A DNA stretch of 64,000 nt from Octopus sinensis (taxonomy: Eukaryota). The notes below the pieces were generated by a model. That model searched no databases, had not been told where the DNA came from, and was given only the letters and a program-made list of their open reading frames with translations. Shown piece after piece: positions 50,219-64,000 of this stretch (its first letter is position 1; each line of letters starts with the position of its first letter). The stretch is from NCBI RefSeq assembly GCF_006345805.1, contig NC_043002.1:35712001-35776000 (forward strand), in the 5' to 3' direction. A program made the translations under genes and the position numbers.

Positions 50219-50869
50219 TAATATACCAAATAAGCACTGGAGTCGATGATATCGACTAATTCTCAACCCCTAAATTTCAGGCTTTGTGTGTATGCTAGAA
50301 ACAATAAGTATTATACTTCAGGAGCAACGATTGATTTAATTGATTGCTTTTCCCCCACACCAGATATCTCCTTGCTTTTGTACTTATGTTAGAAAACTTT
50401 ATTATTACTATCTCGATCAGCATTTTTATTTGTATTACTATTGCTGACGTTATATTTTGCTGTTTTCTTCGCTACAGCTATTTTTTTTAACCAGCTTTAC
50501 TATTATTATGAGTGGTTGATTGATCAAATATTTAATGAAACGACTTTCTTAATTAATGATTTATTACATTTTTCTTTCAAGTTTCCCTACCATTCGGCTT
50601 GCCCATTTTACATATCGTTCGGGTATCTTTTATGATAATCATATTTCATCTTTCTCTCTTTCCACCTCACTCACCTTTAAAGCTGTAATTAGCTGCTGAC
50701 TCTATTTTACCATATTACTCTTATCTTACCGTTTACTTTTATGTATTGGGTGCGCCGGGTTTTTGTGAGCATAAATTAAGAAGTTTGTAAAATAGAAAAT
50801 GAATTATATTTCGCGGTATGCACCATATTTAAAATTTGTAATTTTTCCATCAGAAGTATTGATAGCATT

Positions 50870-51270
50870 AACTTGACCGAATGCAATCTTACAAAGGAAG
50901 CACGGCTTGGTCCTTCTTGTTCGGGGTCTGATAAAGAGACCGAGGCCTCTATTGGGAAGTATTTCATCCGTGAGCTAGAAAAAGAAACGTTTTCAGCGAT
51001 CAGACCATATCTACATAATCGAAATCGTACAGCAGGTTTAGAATATCATAAGCAAATCCTGTAAGCCAACGATGGCCATCGCCAAGTAGCTCAAGATGTT
51101 GGAGTCGTCTACTATCAGACGTGTGGTGCATGAAGACATTTAGTACAAATCTCACGTGATGATAAGACTAGGGCGAACCGTGTGATCATGTTACCCTCAA
51201 CATGATGTGGTCTTCAAGCTCTCATGATTTGAAATTTTGGACTACAACTGTACCTCAGAAAAAGGGACCC
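50870..51270 (+). mobile_element. Degenerate maT/DD37D-like Tc1-mariner fragment
   Basis: KKRFQRSDHI..IVQQV*NII...AIAK*L..STIRRVVHEDI*YKSHVM, then WSSSSHDL (WPPSSPDL-like) after an internal deletion. Confidence 0.65.
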
Positions 51271-51923
51271 GCAGGTGGCCCCACGGTACTGAGGATTTGT
51301 TGAGACTACTGTCGTGGGCTTGGCAGGCATTAGAGGCGGGATCCACTTGATTCGAGAGAAGCTGCATCATTACTGCAGACAGCAGTGTTGCTCAATAGAC
51401 TGTTTATTTGATGTTTGTAGTCGAATTGCCGTGCTTACTTCTTGTGGGGAGAATATTTTTCCGTTTGGGGTCTTTATTTTCGCCTGTGATTTGTTTCGGT
51501 CTCGGAAACGTTATTAAACTGTTTAGGGCTATATATCTTTATCAGACATTGCATCATCTTCTAAAATAGAAGTTCGTTCTCTCTCTACTTTTCTTTCTTT
51601 CTTCTTATCAATTATTTTTTCACTTGTTCACTTGCATTCGTTCAACTTTTATCACACCGAATGTGTGTTCGTGTGCGTGTTTATGTGCGTATATGTGTAT
51701 ATATACATAAGAAGCTTTGTGTATCATCATCATCATCATTTTTGTGTGTTTATAGGTCTGATCTTATTTCTCACTTGTATGCTTTCTAATTTATTCGTTA
51801 ATTTCCCCTAACTTATTAATCTAACAATTTCTTTATTGTAGGTAATCATAAAATATTATTTCTGAGGCAAAATAAATAAATAAATAAATAAATAAATATA
51901 TATATATATAATGAAGAGATAAA

Positions 51924-51955
<32 letters not shown>

Positions 51956-52060
51956 AATTAACAGTTATCATTGAGGAAACTTCTGAGTGGATTTTCGACC
52001 TGCTAAGGAAGCAGCCAAAAACCTCAAATTCTTATCTAATGACATATATATGTATATATA

Positions 52061-52198
<138 letters not shown>

Positions 52199-52550
52199 AG
52201 AGAGAGAGAGAGTGTGTACCTTTAAAAGGATGGGCTGGTCACAACTGAAATATATATGATAATGGGTCTCTTCGATCAAAAATTGATCTGGGATATCAAC
52301 GTTGGCATGCACACAACGTCTCAGATTTTTGGAATGATGGTATAACACTCACTTAAAACTCTGATCAACAAATGGCGACGAAGCCCAGGGTGAACAACCG
52401 CTTGGAATATATGCTGGCAATGGTTACAGTTTCCCACTGGTTAGACACTGGTTCACTGTGTCTACAATGGCAAGAGTACAACGGATTTTCTATGTAGAGT
52501 GGAACTGATTGCAGAGCTCAAATTACCCATCGTGCCTCTTGGCACAATTT

Positions 52551-52620
<70 letters not shown>

Positions 52621-53098
52621 ACACAGACACACACAAACACACACACACACAACACACACACCACACACACACACGCACACACACAACGGGTTTCTGCTCC
52701 GTACAGTTTGTACCTACAGATTCCATTCATAAGGTATAAGCTAACTTGAAGTAATGGCAGAATATGCTTGTCCACGTTGCTACGTAGTGAGATCGAACCA
52801 GGAACTACATGTTTTTGAAGCTAACTTTTTAACTACATAACACATGACGGTGCCAATTCTAAAATGCATTTTTGTGTGTTGTACAACATCAAAGATATTT
52901 AGTTTAATAAGATCTTCAATAACTATGTGACAAGTATTGCTGTTTGGCTTTGAAATAACTCTTCTTCTGTATTATATCTTGTTATAAACTCACACATAAT
53001 AAAAAGTCATTTGTTTCCTAAACTGTTTGTTTTTAATCATATTTCTCTAAAGAATGCACTGGTCGGTTATATATAGTGTTGTTTTTTTTTGCTTGGGA

Positions 53099-53149
<51 letters not shown>

Positions 53150-53154
53150 ATATC

Positions 53155-53186
<32 letters not shown>

Positions 53187-54349
53187 CTCATTGGTAAAAA
53201 TTACATCGCCTATAGGTGTTTCGTAGCTGTTTTAGTGTGACTTTAGCGCTCATAATATCGATTTCTTCCGAATCAAAAGCAATATCGATTTCTTTAGATC
53301 GGATATATAATTAGTTCGATCCATGAGCCTTCTAGTTATGTCAAGGCAAACATTCAATTATTATCCTGGATCCTACGTGTTAGATCTTTTTTTTTTATCC
53401 AGAAGCTTCTTCTAGACTGTAGATTTTAAAGAATTCTACTCAAAATGGTTTTTTGTTTAGAACCAAATCTCCATCTTGTCTGTTGGCCTGTCTTTGGATT
53501 CTTTACATTTCAGGCGAGCAATCAGAGAGGAAGTCTAACATTGGATTTTGTCATAGAAATCATGGAAATCTCAGCATTTATTGCTACATCTATATAACGA
53601 TTTCCTGTTGAAATGACAACACTGTAGAACACCTTTGATCATAGGCCTTTTGTATTGAAGCTAAATAACAACAACATTTTATATAGAGGTGGAACAGCCT
53701 CGGCATACGCTTTTTTTTATATATAGTTCTATAAATATTTCCCACGATAAATACTGCGATAAATATAGAAAAATCAATTTATGCAGAGTACTGCTTTCTC
53801 TCGTATATTTACTAACATGCCCTAACAGACATGTTAATAAACTTATATTATTTTCGATTTTGAAAGAAGCTTGTTTTTGTCTTTTCTTCTATTATTTATA
53901 AAATTTATGCTGACACAAAAACAAATTTAACTTTGTATGAATATTAACTAGAGATTGGTATTATTAACTTCAGGCAATGTTAATAACATTTTAAAAACAT
54001 TCCGTGCTATACAACTCATCACTTTGTCATCTCTGCTTTATTTTCACTGTTTTTGTGGCAGAATAGATAAGAAGAGACTACTAGCCCCTTGCTTAAACCT
54101 CCTACAATTCTTGGTGTAAAAGGTCACTACGTATAAACTATCACGACCCTTTCACAATATAGTGTAGCTGATTATGAGAGAAAAGATTCAACTCTAGTAT
54201 TTAACTGGTACTTAATTTATAAGCCTAAAAGGTTACTATGAAAACATGACCTCAATGACATTTGAACTCAAAACACAAGGAGACGAAACAATATTCGCGT
54301 GGAATTTATCCGATGCTCTGTTGATTCTGCCAATAAATAAAAAAAATAT

Positions 54350-54746
54350 TGGTTTTGAATTTTGGCACAAGAGCAGCAGTTTCGAAGGAAGGGGTAAGTC
54401 CATTACATCAACCCCAGTGTTTAACAGGTACTTACTTTATCGACTTCGAAAGGATGAAAGGCAAAGTCAACATGGGCGGAATTTGAACTCAGAAGCTAAA
54501 GACGGACAAAATACCTATTTCTTTACTACCCACAAGGGGCTAAACACAGAGAGGACAAACAAAGACAGACAAACGGGTTACGTCGATTATATCGACCCCA
54601 GTGCGTAACTGGTACTTATTTAATCGACCCCAAAAGGATGAAAGGCAAAGTCGACCTCGGCGGAATTTGAACTCAGAACGTAGCGGCAGACGAAATACGG
54701 CTACGCATTTCACCCGGCGTGCTAACGACTCTGCCAGCTTGCCGCC
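54350..54746 (-). mobile_element. SINE family A dimer (young full copy 54516-54746 fused to an older partial unit)
   Basis: Same gaaata|ggtattt junction as at 26077 and 26260. Confidence 0.88.
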
Positions 54747-55181
54747 TTAATAAATAAAGATACATTAATAACTTTTTAGATGATTGAGTTTCAAAGATGT
54801 TGAAAATAGTAAGTATCTGAGTTCGCCTTGTCATATGGGTTCTTATTTGGGATAATAATCTATATTCTATTGCTAATATATTTTATCTCGTTACATCACA
54901 TTACGCTGTGAGTTCAAATTCTGCTTCGACCGACCTTGCCGTTGATCTTTCCAGAAATAGATCAATCAAATATTGGTAACTAAGTCACCCCAACCCCTTC
55001 TCCTAAACTAATTGTCATGCAGCATTTAATTGCATCTCTTTACGTTTTGACTTTAAAAACCATCGAGGTCGAAATCGCTTTTCATCCTTTATTGATTATA
55101 TACTTCTTCAATAAATATTGGTTTTCTACCTGACTGGAGAATATCTTTGCTCTTTTGGGTCGCAGAGGCACACAACTAATG

Positions 55182-55245
<64 letters not shown>

Positions 55246-57165
55246 GTCTGTCTGTCTGTCTTATATACACTCTTCAAATTGTACTTGGATAAATCAGCCC
55301 AATTCTCAACAAGAGACACGTGTAGTGAGTGGGAAAGGTTTGAGTTCAGCACTGTAAGTTAACAAATCATTTGTCCCTCTATGTGGTCGCTCGATCTGCT
55401 AGAAATAGCAACCAAATGTTCTTCAGATCATACCGAACGTCTTAAAAGAAGTCATACTAGCTAACGTGCTCTTTGGTTCCCCGCATATAGGAAAAAGACT
55501 CGTTAAAGCATATGCTAAAATATATTGCAGTACTTGTTCTGGCTCTCACGGCTCATTGTGCAAGTTCCGTCGAGGTCTTTGTCATTCATTCTTTTAAGAG
55601 TCAATGAAATTAAGTGCCAGGTTAGGGCGATGGGTTGATGGTATTTTTAGAACGTCGGACGAGATACCCTGCGGTATTTGTTCTTGTTTGTAGTCTGAGT
55701 TCTTGTACGGTAAACTAAGTCGTTTGGTTTAGAAGCACTACTTGATCCTTCGGTGCCTTTAGTATAATTCACTCTATTGCAAGTATTCGAGCCACGTCTC
55801 AGGTTCGAAGCTAGTTTATATTCTTCCTCCCACAAGTCTCAGATACCTTGAAAATAAAGAGTCATGGACTAAACAATTAAAATAGCAGAAACTCCACCCA
55901 GTCGGCCATTCATGACTTTATGTCTGAAGAGAGCAATCATTATTTACAAACTTTGTATTTTTCGTTCCAATTCGCATTAAATCTAAACTGCCGGTATAGC
56001 AACTATAAATACTTTATGATCACAAAAGCTATACAACAGATCACTACCACTGCTTTAATAACGAGATAGATGAAAAACAGACTGCAACTTTGTATGTTTG
56101 TTGCAAAGTTAAACAAATTCCAGTGTGTTTACGGCCAACATCTGGTGTAGTTTCAGCAGGTTATATAAAGAAGATAAGGCAAGGACAACTTTACTCAAAG
56201 AACAATATACACCTTGGTTCTTGATTCCTGGCTAGTGGCGCCCAGTTAGAAGGTAACTGATTTCTAACAGATTACAATTAGCGGGGGTGGGGGAAGCAGA
56301 AGCAAACAGCGAATACCACGAAAGAAAAGCAAATAATACAAAAGAATGAAAAAGAAGTAAGATAAGAAAGCGAAATACATCAAAATTGCCCGAAGAAAAT
56401 ATCAATATTGTTTTTCTTGTTAAGTATACTACTTTCTTACATGCGAACAAAGCCACGATTTCGGAGGGGTTGAGGAATATTTGTTTTATTAATCCTGTTG
56501 TAGGCGGGGGTGATGAGACAAAGGTAAAGCTGACTTCGATAGGATTTGAACTTAGAATGTAATGTGACAGCTAAATACTGTTACAAGACGTTATAATTAT
56601 ATCCGATGCCATTTGCACCCTCTATCGTCCCTTGTTAGTTTGTTGAATGATTTCAATAACTTTCACCGTCGAGGAGTGAAGTCGATTAAATTCCATCCAC
56701 GTAGAAATTTACTACGTATTATTTACTTTAACGAACCCAGAAGGATATAAAGTAAAGTCGACCGTGGCAGTACTCGAATCAAAAAACGTAAAGGGATGTA
56801 ACTAAGTACACCAACCTATTTTGTCCGGTACTCTTACGCTTTTACTATATACTGCTTTTATTTTGGACGTGAACAATTTTATTATTGTTTTTTTCTTCTT
56901 TTTTTTTTAATGCAGCACGAATTCACTACATTGTATAAGGGGGAGAATGTGAAGTGCGATGCTCGTTCTTATCCTGGAAGCAGAAATTGAAGCCTCGCCT
57001 TGATTTTTTCTTAATGGCAACTTGCCTCTTGGTTTACGTTCATCATCACAAAAGCTAATCTATTATTGTTGTGATTGTTAGGCTTTTCAACCTTCCAAGA
57101 TAGATAAATAAACTGCCAGTCAATTATTGGGTGTGAGGGAGGAGGCAATATTTTACATCTCCTAA

Positions 57166-58290
57166 GGCAGCGAGCTGGCAGAATCGTTAGCACGCCGGGC
57201 GAAATGCTTACCGGTATTTCGTCTGCCGTTACGTTCTGAGTTCAAATTCCGCCGAGGTCGACTTTGCCTTTCATCCTTTCGGGGTCGATATATTAAGTAC
57301 CAGTTACGCACTGGGGTCGATGTAATCGACTTAATCCGTTTGTCTGTCCTTGTTTGCCCCCTCTGTGTTTAGCCCCTTGTGGGTAGTAAAGAAATTTATA
57401 TATTTTTCCGTTTTAAAGCTGGCAGAAACGTTAGCACGCCGGGCGAAATGCGTACCCGTATTTCGTCTGTCTTCACGTTCTGAGTTCAAATTCCGCCGAG
57501 GTCGACTTGACCTTTCATCCTTTAGGGGTCGATAAATTAAGTACCAGTTACTTAATCGATTTGATCCCTTTGTCTGTCCCTGTTTGTCCCCTCTATGTTT
57601 CGCCCCTTGTGAGCAATAAAGAAATAAGAAACGTTAGCACGCCGGGCGAAATGCTTAGCGCGATTTCGTCTGTCTTTACTTTCTGAGTTCAAATTCCGCC
57701 GAGGTCGACTTTGTCTTTCATCCTTACAGGGTCGATAAATTAAGTTCCAGTTACGCACTGGGGTCGATGTAATCGACTTAATCTCTTTGTCCTTGTTTGT
57801 CTCCTCTATGTTTAACCCCTTTTGGGCAATAAAGAAATAAGAAACGTTAGCACGCCGGGCGAAATGTTTAGCGGTATTTCGTCTGTCTTTACGTTCTGAG
57901 TTCCAATTTCGCCAAGGTCGACTTTGCCTTTCATCCTTTCGAAGTCGATAAATTAAGTACCAGTTGCATATTGAAGTTGATCTAATCGGCTGGTCCCCTC
58001 CCCCCAAAATTTCGGGCCTTGTGCCTAGAAAAGAATATTTTACATCTCCTCTTATAAATATGGTCTTGCGCCAATATTCTTTTCTTTTCTAGGTACAAGG
58101 CCCGACATTTTTGGGGAGGAGACCAGTCGATTAGATTGACCCTAGCAGGCAACTAGTACCTACTTTATCGACCCTGAAAGGATGAAAGGCAAAGTCGACC
58201 TCGGCGGAATTTAAACTCAGAACGTAACGGCAGATGAAATACGGCTACGCATTTCGTCCGACGTGCTAACGTTTCTGCCAGCTCGCCGCC
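57166..58290. mobile_element. SINE family A array: four plus-strand units and one inverted unit
   Basis: Units 57166-57395, 57417-57626, 57627-57839, 57840-~58035 (+) and ~58080-58290 (-). Confidence 0.92.
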
Positions 58291-59691
58291 TTGATCTTGT
58301 GGCAATATTAGAAACTGTGATCGTTGTTGATAATTCGAAAGCAGTGAAAGGTAGAAACAGTGGAGCGCTGCATAAAATGATGGTGGATTGGCAGTCGGAC
58401 GAAAAGGAGTGCGCAGCATTTAGTTATGTCGCTGTATATTTTGAGTTCAATACAAATGCATTCAGGCGTTAATCAAATACGTGACAGTTGGTCAACTACT
58501 GGTTGTCGATTGAATTGTCTGTACATCATTTATATCAATTGGTCCTGTTTGTTTGCCACTGTATGTGCATAACCACAAACTAAGATAAATCAAATTAGCC
58601 TTACGGTTTAAATTCCCGCTTAAAGCCAAATTACTTCATTTATATACACCATTAATCCCCTCGAAAAATATTAGTTGCATGCAGTCACATTTTCCATGTC
58701 CATATGCGTGTTGTTTTCTTATAATGTTTAGATTCCTTATTTGGACCAGTTCAATGAAATCATTAATGCTTTCTTTTAAAAAGCTGGTGGATTAGATGAG
58801 AGTATTGGGAAAAAATACCTTGCAGTATTTATTTGTCCATCTTGCCGTTCTGGGTTCAACGCTTGACGAGATCGACTTTACCTTTTCGGGATTGATGAAA
58901 TATAGGGTCATTAAATTTGAGTATTCCATTCTCCAAATAAAAGGTTTTGTGCCTATGTTACAGATCAATGGTTTTAGAAAAGTATGAACACAGTATTTTA
59001 CCATCTCAAACTTCTAACTCCAAATTATGCAACATCATTATCATTTATCATCGCCAATACCACCACCACCACCACCACTATCATCATCGTTATCATCACC
59101 ATCCTCATCATCACCATCATGCAAAGGAGAACAAGATAAGCTCTGTGGTACAAGCTGAACTCATGCTTAACACGCCCAGTTCACTCCTTTTTATGGTTAG
59201 TGATAGAAAGGCCATCCAGCTTATAAGATTGCTGTCAAACGTACTAGCTTATAATTCAAGCAAAGATATGTTCTCATATTACCAGCTACATTAATTAGAT
59301 TTGTAGTGATCATGTTGTTGATAGATACAGGAGCGGTGCTAGCTGTGGACAACCCTAACTACCGTTATCCAATCACACTGATATTCTTTTTTAACAGTTG
59401 TCTTCAGAATAACAAATATTAGTTAATTTTTTTTTATTTGACACAGTGATCCCATATACTAACAGAAGACAAGGAAAAGGCAAAGAGATGACGTTCGTGC
59501 CGTTTTAAGAGACATAAACGACGTTTAGTGAAATGAAAATGAAGACAGGTGGCCTCAACAGAGAGTAAAAACAACTTCTAGGTCTCATATCTCTCGCCGC
59601 GAGAAAACCAAGTTTTAACATTGTTACAAAGGAAAGGGGAAGTGAGGAAGTTTTAATGTTATTGCTACCGTCGCCGCTGTTGTTGTTGTTT

Positions 59692-59722
<31 letters not shown>

Positions 59723-59925
59723 AGATGATGACAACGATGATCCAATATGTCCTTCCGTCTTATTTTTGAAGATGGTATGGTGTGGTTTGAGAGAGATTTG
59801 ACAGCTACATCTAACAAGTAAACCAACTACAGAAGAGTTACAGAAAGGTGACAAGTGTTGAGTGCTGGACAGACAGACTGACCACAAACATTCATTTGTT
59901 CTTTTACTTATTTCAGTACTTTGAC

Positions 59926-60430
59926 CAGGAGTGGAGATACCCCCGCGAGCCCATTTTATTGCGCCCGCTGACTGGTATACTTGTATGTACTAAATACAGT
60001 AAATTTTTCAATTATAAAATTTATACAATATTCGTATGCCTATTTGCAACATAGGTCGCGTTTCCACTACGACTTAAAACGGTTAGACTCGAACAGAAAA
60101 TCGTCCGGTAATTGCGATTTGAATAAAATATTGTTTTCACTATAAAACACATATTGCTAGGTTTGTACCACCCCCTTGAGACCTAACTACACTCTAGCTG
60201 AAAAATATAGAATACCTTATAAGTAATATAAGCATTCTAAATTCAGTGGCGGCATTAATGAAGATATTGCGCGTTAATTTAATATCTTAAACATATCTTT
60301 ATTTATGTATATCGAATTAAACATAGATATATACAAGATTTACACAGATATAAGAGAACTTGTGATCCGCCCGTGGACCTTTTTCTTACGAAATTTTTGC
60401 CCGCCGCACTAAAAGGTTTTTTCACCTCTT
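59926..60430 (-). mobile_element. hAT (Charlie-like) MITE, copy 2
   Basis: Reverse complement of 8097-8606 along its full length, with more decayed TIRs. Confidence 0.85.
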
Positions 60431-61084
60431 CCTCAGACTGTGAGACTATGACCATGCTGGAGCATACATTGGAGAGTGTTTTAGTCGATGATATCGATCT
60501 TATAGTTATTTCTAAGTCTGGTCCATAGTTTATCAGTTTCTATTACTCAAACTGCTATGATGTAGGATATAAACACAAGAGACCGTTTCTAAAACGAACG
60601 TGTGTGCATTTGTGTGTGTGTTTTGCATGCGCTTGTGTACATATACCTACACATATATTACATATACATACATGTACACATGCATATATATATATACACA
60701 CACTATATATACATACAGTATATATATAATATATGCATTTGAATATGTGTGTTTATGTATAGAATACGGAATACAGCCATATGTGTGTCCGTATGTATGT
60801 ATACTCATTCATGCATATGCACACATACATATGTACATAAATAAATTATATTAATTAACCATCTCAGAACCAACATTTTTTCACGAACCACGACGAAATT
60901 CAAGGAAACAGGTATTTACATAAGAGATACTTAGCCCCGTGCATAACAATTCTAACAATTCTGTTCTTTTGTTCAAACTGTTACTGTCCTAAGTTAAAAT
61001 TAAAAAAAAATTTTATTGAAACAAAGGTGGCACTGCATTTTTTATTTGAAGTTACCATTCCTTTATGGTTGTACTCCATCGACA

Positions 61085-61355
61085 GGTAATTTCGAATTCA
61101 TGAGATCTTGTCTCGCGTAAGAATCATATATGTAGATTTCGACGAAACCGTAGCGTATATTATACCAGGGCTAACAAATAAATGTTTGTGCTTATAAAAT
61201 CGGTTTTTGAATCTTAGTTTAGTTTCTCCAGTATATATTTTAGTTTTATCTTTGCTCTTTATTCCTACCTTGGGGCTGCATACTAACGACTTTACCAGGT
61301 ATTTACCATCTAGTTGGCAGTTCTCACAAATTCTGAAATTGCATGATCTTAATGA
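61085..61355 (-). mobile_element. Penelope-like GIY-YIG fragment of a second type
   Basis: SCNFRICENCQLDGKYLVKSLV...KIYTGETKLRFKNRFYKHKH..., matching the CNC..CPL.G.CL...YIG.T..FK.R pattern. Confidence 0.72.
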
Positions 61356-61389
61356 CATCACCTGAGTTAGTCTTTCTATTCGTATTTCA

Positions 61390-61780
61390 GGACATTACAG
61401 TCCCCTCAATTAAAGAGTTGAAGTTGTTTGTTGAAATATATTCAGCTGTCGGTGATTTGTCTGGTATGCTTCGAAGGAATTCTTCTTGATACCGTTTGAA
61501 TGTTATGGAGTCTTTTTATCCTTTGATTTCTTTGGGAATAACGTTGACTAAAGCAAGACTAGTTGAGATTTTTAAAAATTTTGTCACAGTGATGGTATGT
61601 GATGTAAATTCTATTTTTGTAGGGAGCGTATGGCTCTGGGACCAAGTCTAGGCTGACTTACGAACATGATACTGCATAGTTTGGACAGTTTTGATGGAAC
61701 ATATTCCACATTGCACAGGTTAACGTAACACTCGTGGTGGCGTTGGAGAGTGTAAAAGTTTGAAGTTTAAGCTTTTTAAG
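61390..61780 (-). mobile_element. CR1/L2-like LINE ORF2 C-terminal fragment
   Basis: PRLGPRAIRS...VNVIPKEIK..DSITFKR..EFLRSIPDKSP..Y...NSLIE. Confidence 0.75.
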
Positions 61781-62395
61781 GCGATCTCAAAAATCAAGAC
61801 CTGTCATGCCATTTATTTATTTATTTATTTATTTACTTATTGTCATCGATTTGGGGTGCTTTAATTCTTATAATGTTTTGTTTTGTGTACGGAAGCTGGG
61901 TTGCAATATTCAAGGTGAGATCTGGAAAATATATCTATATCAATCTGTCTGTCTCTCTAAACGTACATGTAAATATACAAACGTGCACACGCGCGCATGC
62001 GTGCATACGTATCTGTATATGTGTGCATTGAATTAAACTTCATGCAATAAACTTGAAATGTACGGGGCCTTAGTCAATATCAGCTCTAAGATGACTTTTA
62101 TTGTCTTATAGATTGCTAATATAAATCATCAACATACGTGATGTAACCCTGACAATAGATAGTTAGGTAACACCATCAGGAATCTTACCGGTCTTTCCTC
62201 CCCACTTCACCTCTCCTGCGTCTCACTCTCCGGGTTTTTCACACTAACCACTTTGTCCCATCTTCTTTCTTATAGCTTCAACCCTTTCTAATTTCCCTCT
62301 TAAACCTCGCATGGAGACTAGATTGATCTTACCACCTCTGTGTATAATTCCTACTCCATGCTTAGCCGTAAAAACAAATATTCAGCTATATATAT

Positions 62396-62500
<105 letters not shown>

Positions 62501-62962
62501 ATATGTTTAAACAGGCTCCAAAGAGGCTGGCGTTGGTCTTCATTGGTAATACTTCCACTAATTAGTAAAATCGATAAAAAGAGTACAGTAAACTTGCCGT
62601 GTGGAGTGGAAAATACAACGTTTCACACAGAATTATCCACCAAGGAAAGGAGAGAAATTAATGGGACAGCAAAGTTTTATACCCTCTGAGATAAAAACAA
62701 AAAATGACAGCAATTGGTAAGGAACACAGGATCACGTGAGCCTCATACGTGAACAAGAAGTGGTAGGAGAAACAGTGTGAGGAGGTAAACGGAAAAAGGA
62801 ATAGAATGAAGAGGAGACTCAGACAATGTCGAGAGTGAATTGAAGGGGAAAGATGAGGGACAATGGAGTTGAAGGATAAACAAGGGTTTAATATACTAAG
62901 AGGTGGTGTAAGAGCAGAAAGTAATTTTTTTCATATAAACTTATTGTTGGTGCCAAGTTCGA

Positions 62963-63020
<58 letters not shown>

Positions 63021-64000
63021 TGCAGATTCCAAGAAGCCATTCGTGTATCATGTAACTGCTTATTTCATATGAACTAATGAACTAAGAGACAGAGAATATG
63101 ATTACAGCTAATTGTCGCTTTCTGAGTATTCTCAATCGAAACTCCTCTCTACTCTATGTAACTTGGTATTGATTAGTAGTGAGTTTAGACTGATAATAAT
63201 GTTTAAAAGAATAAAGCTATTAAATTGGAGAAACTTCCAAAACTTTTAAAGAGGAATGCTAAGACTTAAGAATAAATACGCTGCTAGGTTGTAACAATGC
63301 TGTCACAAATTGTGAGGAACAATGTTATTCCTAATATCTGGAGTAGTGTAAGCTTCCTTAATTAGAATAAAGACAGATGAAATGCAGCGGAGAAGTAAGA
63401 TTAAAGAGGAAGTGAGCTAATGGATTAATTAAGGGCTAGAGAGGAAGAAAGAGAAAGCGAGAGAAATAAAGAGAGAGAGGGGGAGAGAAAGAGAGTCATA
63501 GTTAATTTATAATCAAATAAAAGTGATATGAAATGAATGCGACTTCATTGTGTCACGGCTGCCATGAAGCCATGTTTTTGATGAAACTGTATGTGTAAGA
63601 AATACTTTGATAAAACTCAGACAGATATATCTGATTCAGTCAACATAGATATTACATGAAGCAGATTGCAATAAGAGTCGATTACATTTCATTCAAGCCA
63701 ATAGCATCTAAATTATTAACATATAGTTTCCAGTAACATAATTGTTATTCTAGTTAAATGGAGGCATATCACATATGCGTTTGTTGTAACATAAACGAGA
63801 GAAATGAAAATTTGACTTAGAGACTCACAATACACAACCGAAACCGAAAGTACTTTGACAGATTAGTTAACTCGTATGTTTATACTTACACACGTACATC
63901 ACACACACACACAAACAAAACACACACACACACACACATACACACACATACACACATGTATATAAACATGCACACAAACATACAAACGCATCCACACATA

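Noticed and set aside
50853-51033. Apparent exon (cag acceptor, open frame SIDSINLTEC...NRTA, gt donor)
   Set aside because: A frameshifted reading matches a maT-like transposase N-terminus, which explains the sequence more simply.
57166-58290. Regularly spaced repeats suggesting a CRISPR-like array
   Set aside because: Units are ~210-230 bp SINE copies without unique spacers, in a eukaryotic context with no cas genes.

Overview
Eukaryotic, AT-rich, repeat-saturated DNA. The SINE families, (TACA)n/(TA)n/(ATCT)n microsatellite density and transposon content match what I recognise from coleoid cephalopod (Octopus-type) genomes; that taxonomic call is inference. I found no intact host gene, tRNA/rRNA gene or CRISPR array, and most ORF-track entries are microsatellite translations. 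The window holds decayed LINEs (RTE, CR1/L2-like, R4/Dong-like), Penelope-like element (PLE) fragments, several Tc1/mariner/pogo lineages including one near-intact DD34D mariner, Helitron pieces, a pair of hAT MITEs, four SINE-like families and a 100-N gap with a probable false duplication. The strongest leads are: (1) a PLE-like repeat family carrying hammerhead-ribozyme core strands in a non-canonical order; (2) minimal dimer-type hammerheads with a variant core; (3) an R4/Dong-like retroelement that appears tied to (TACA)n arrays; (4) a foldback element enclosing TTAGGG repeats; (5) microhomology-joined SINE concatemers. Translations and alignments were done by eye, so boundaries of degenerate elements are approximate.
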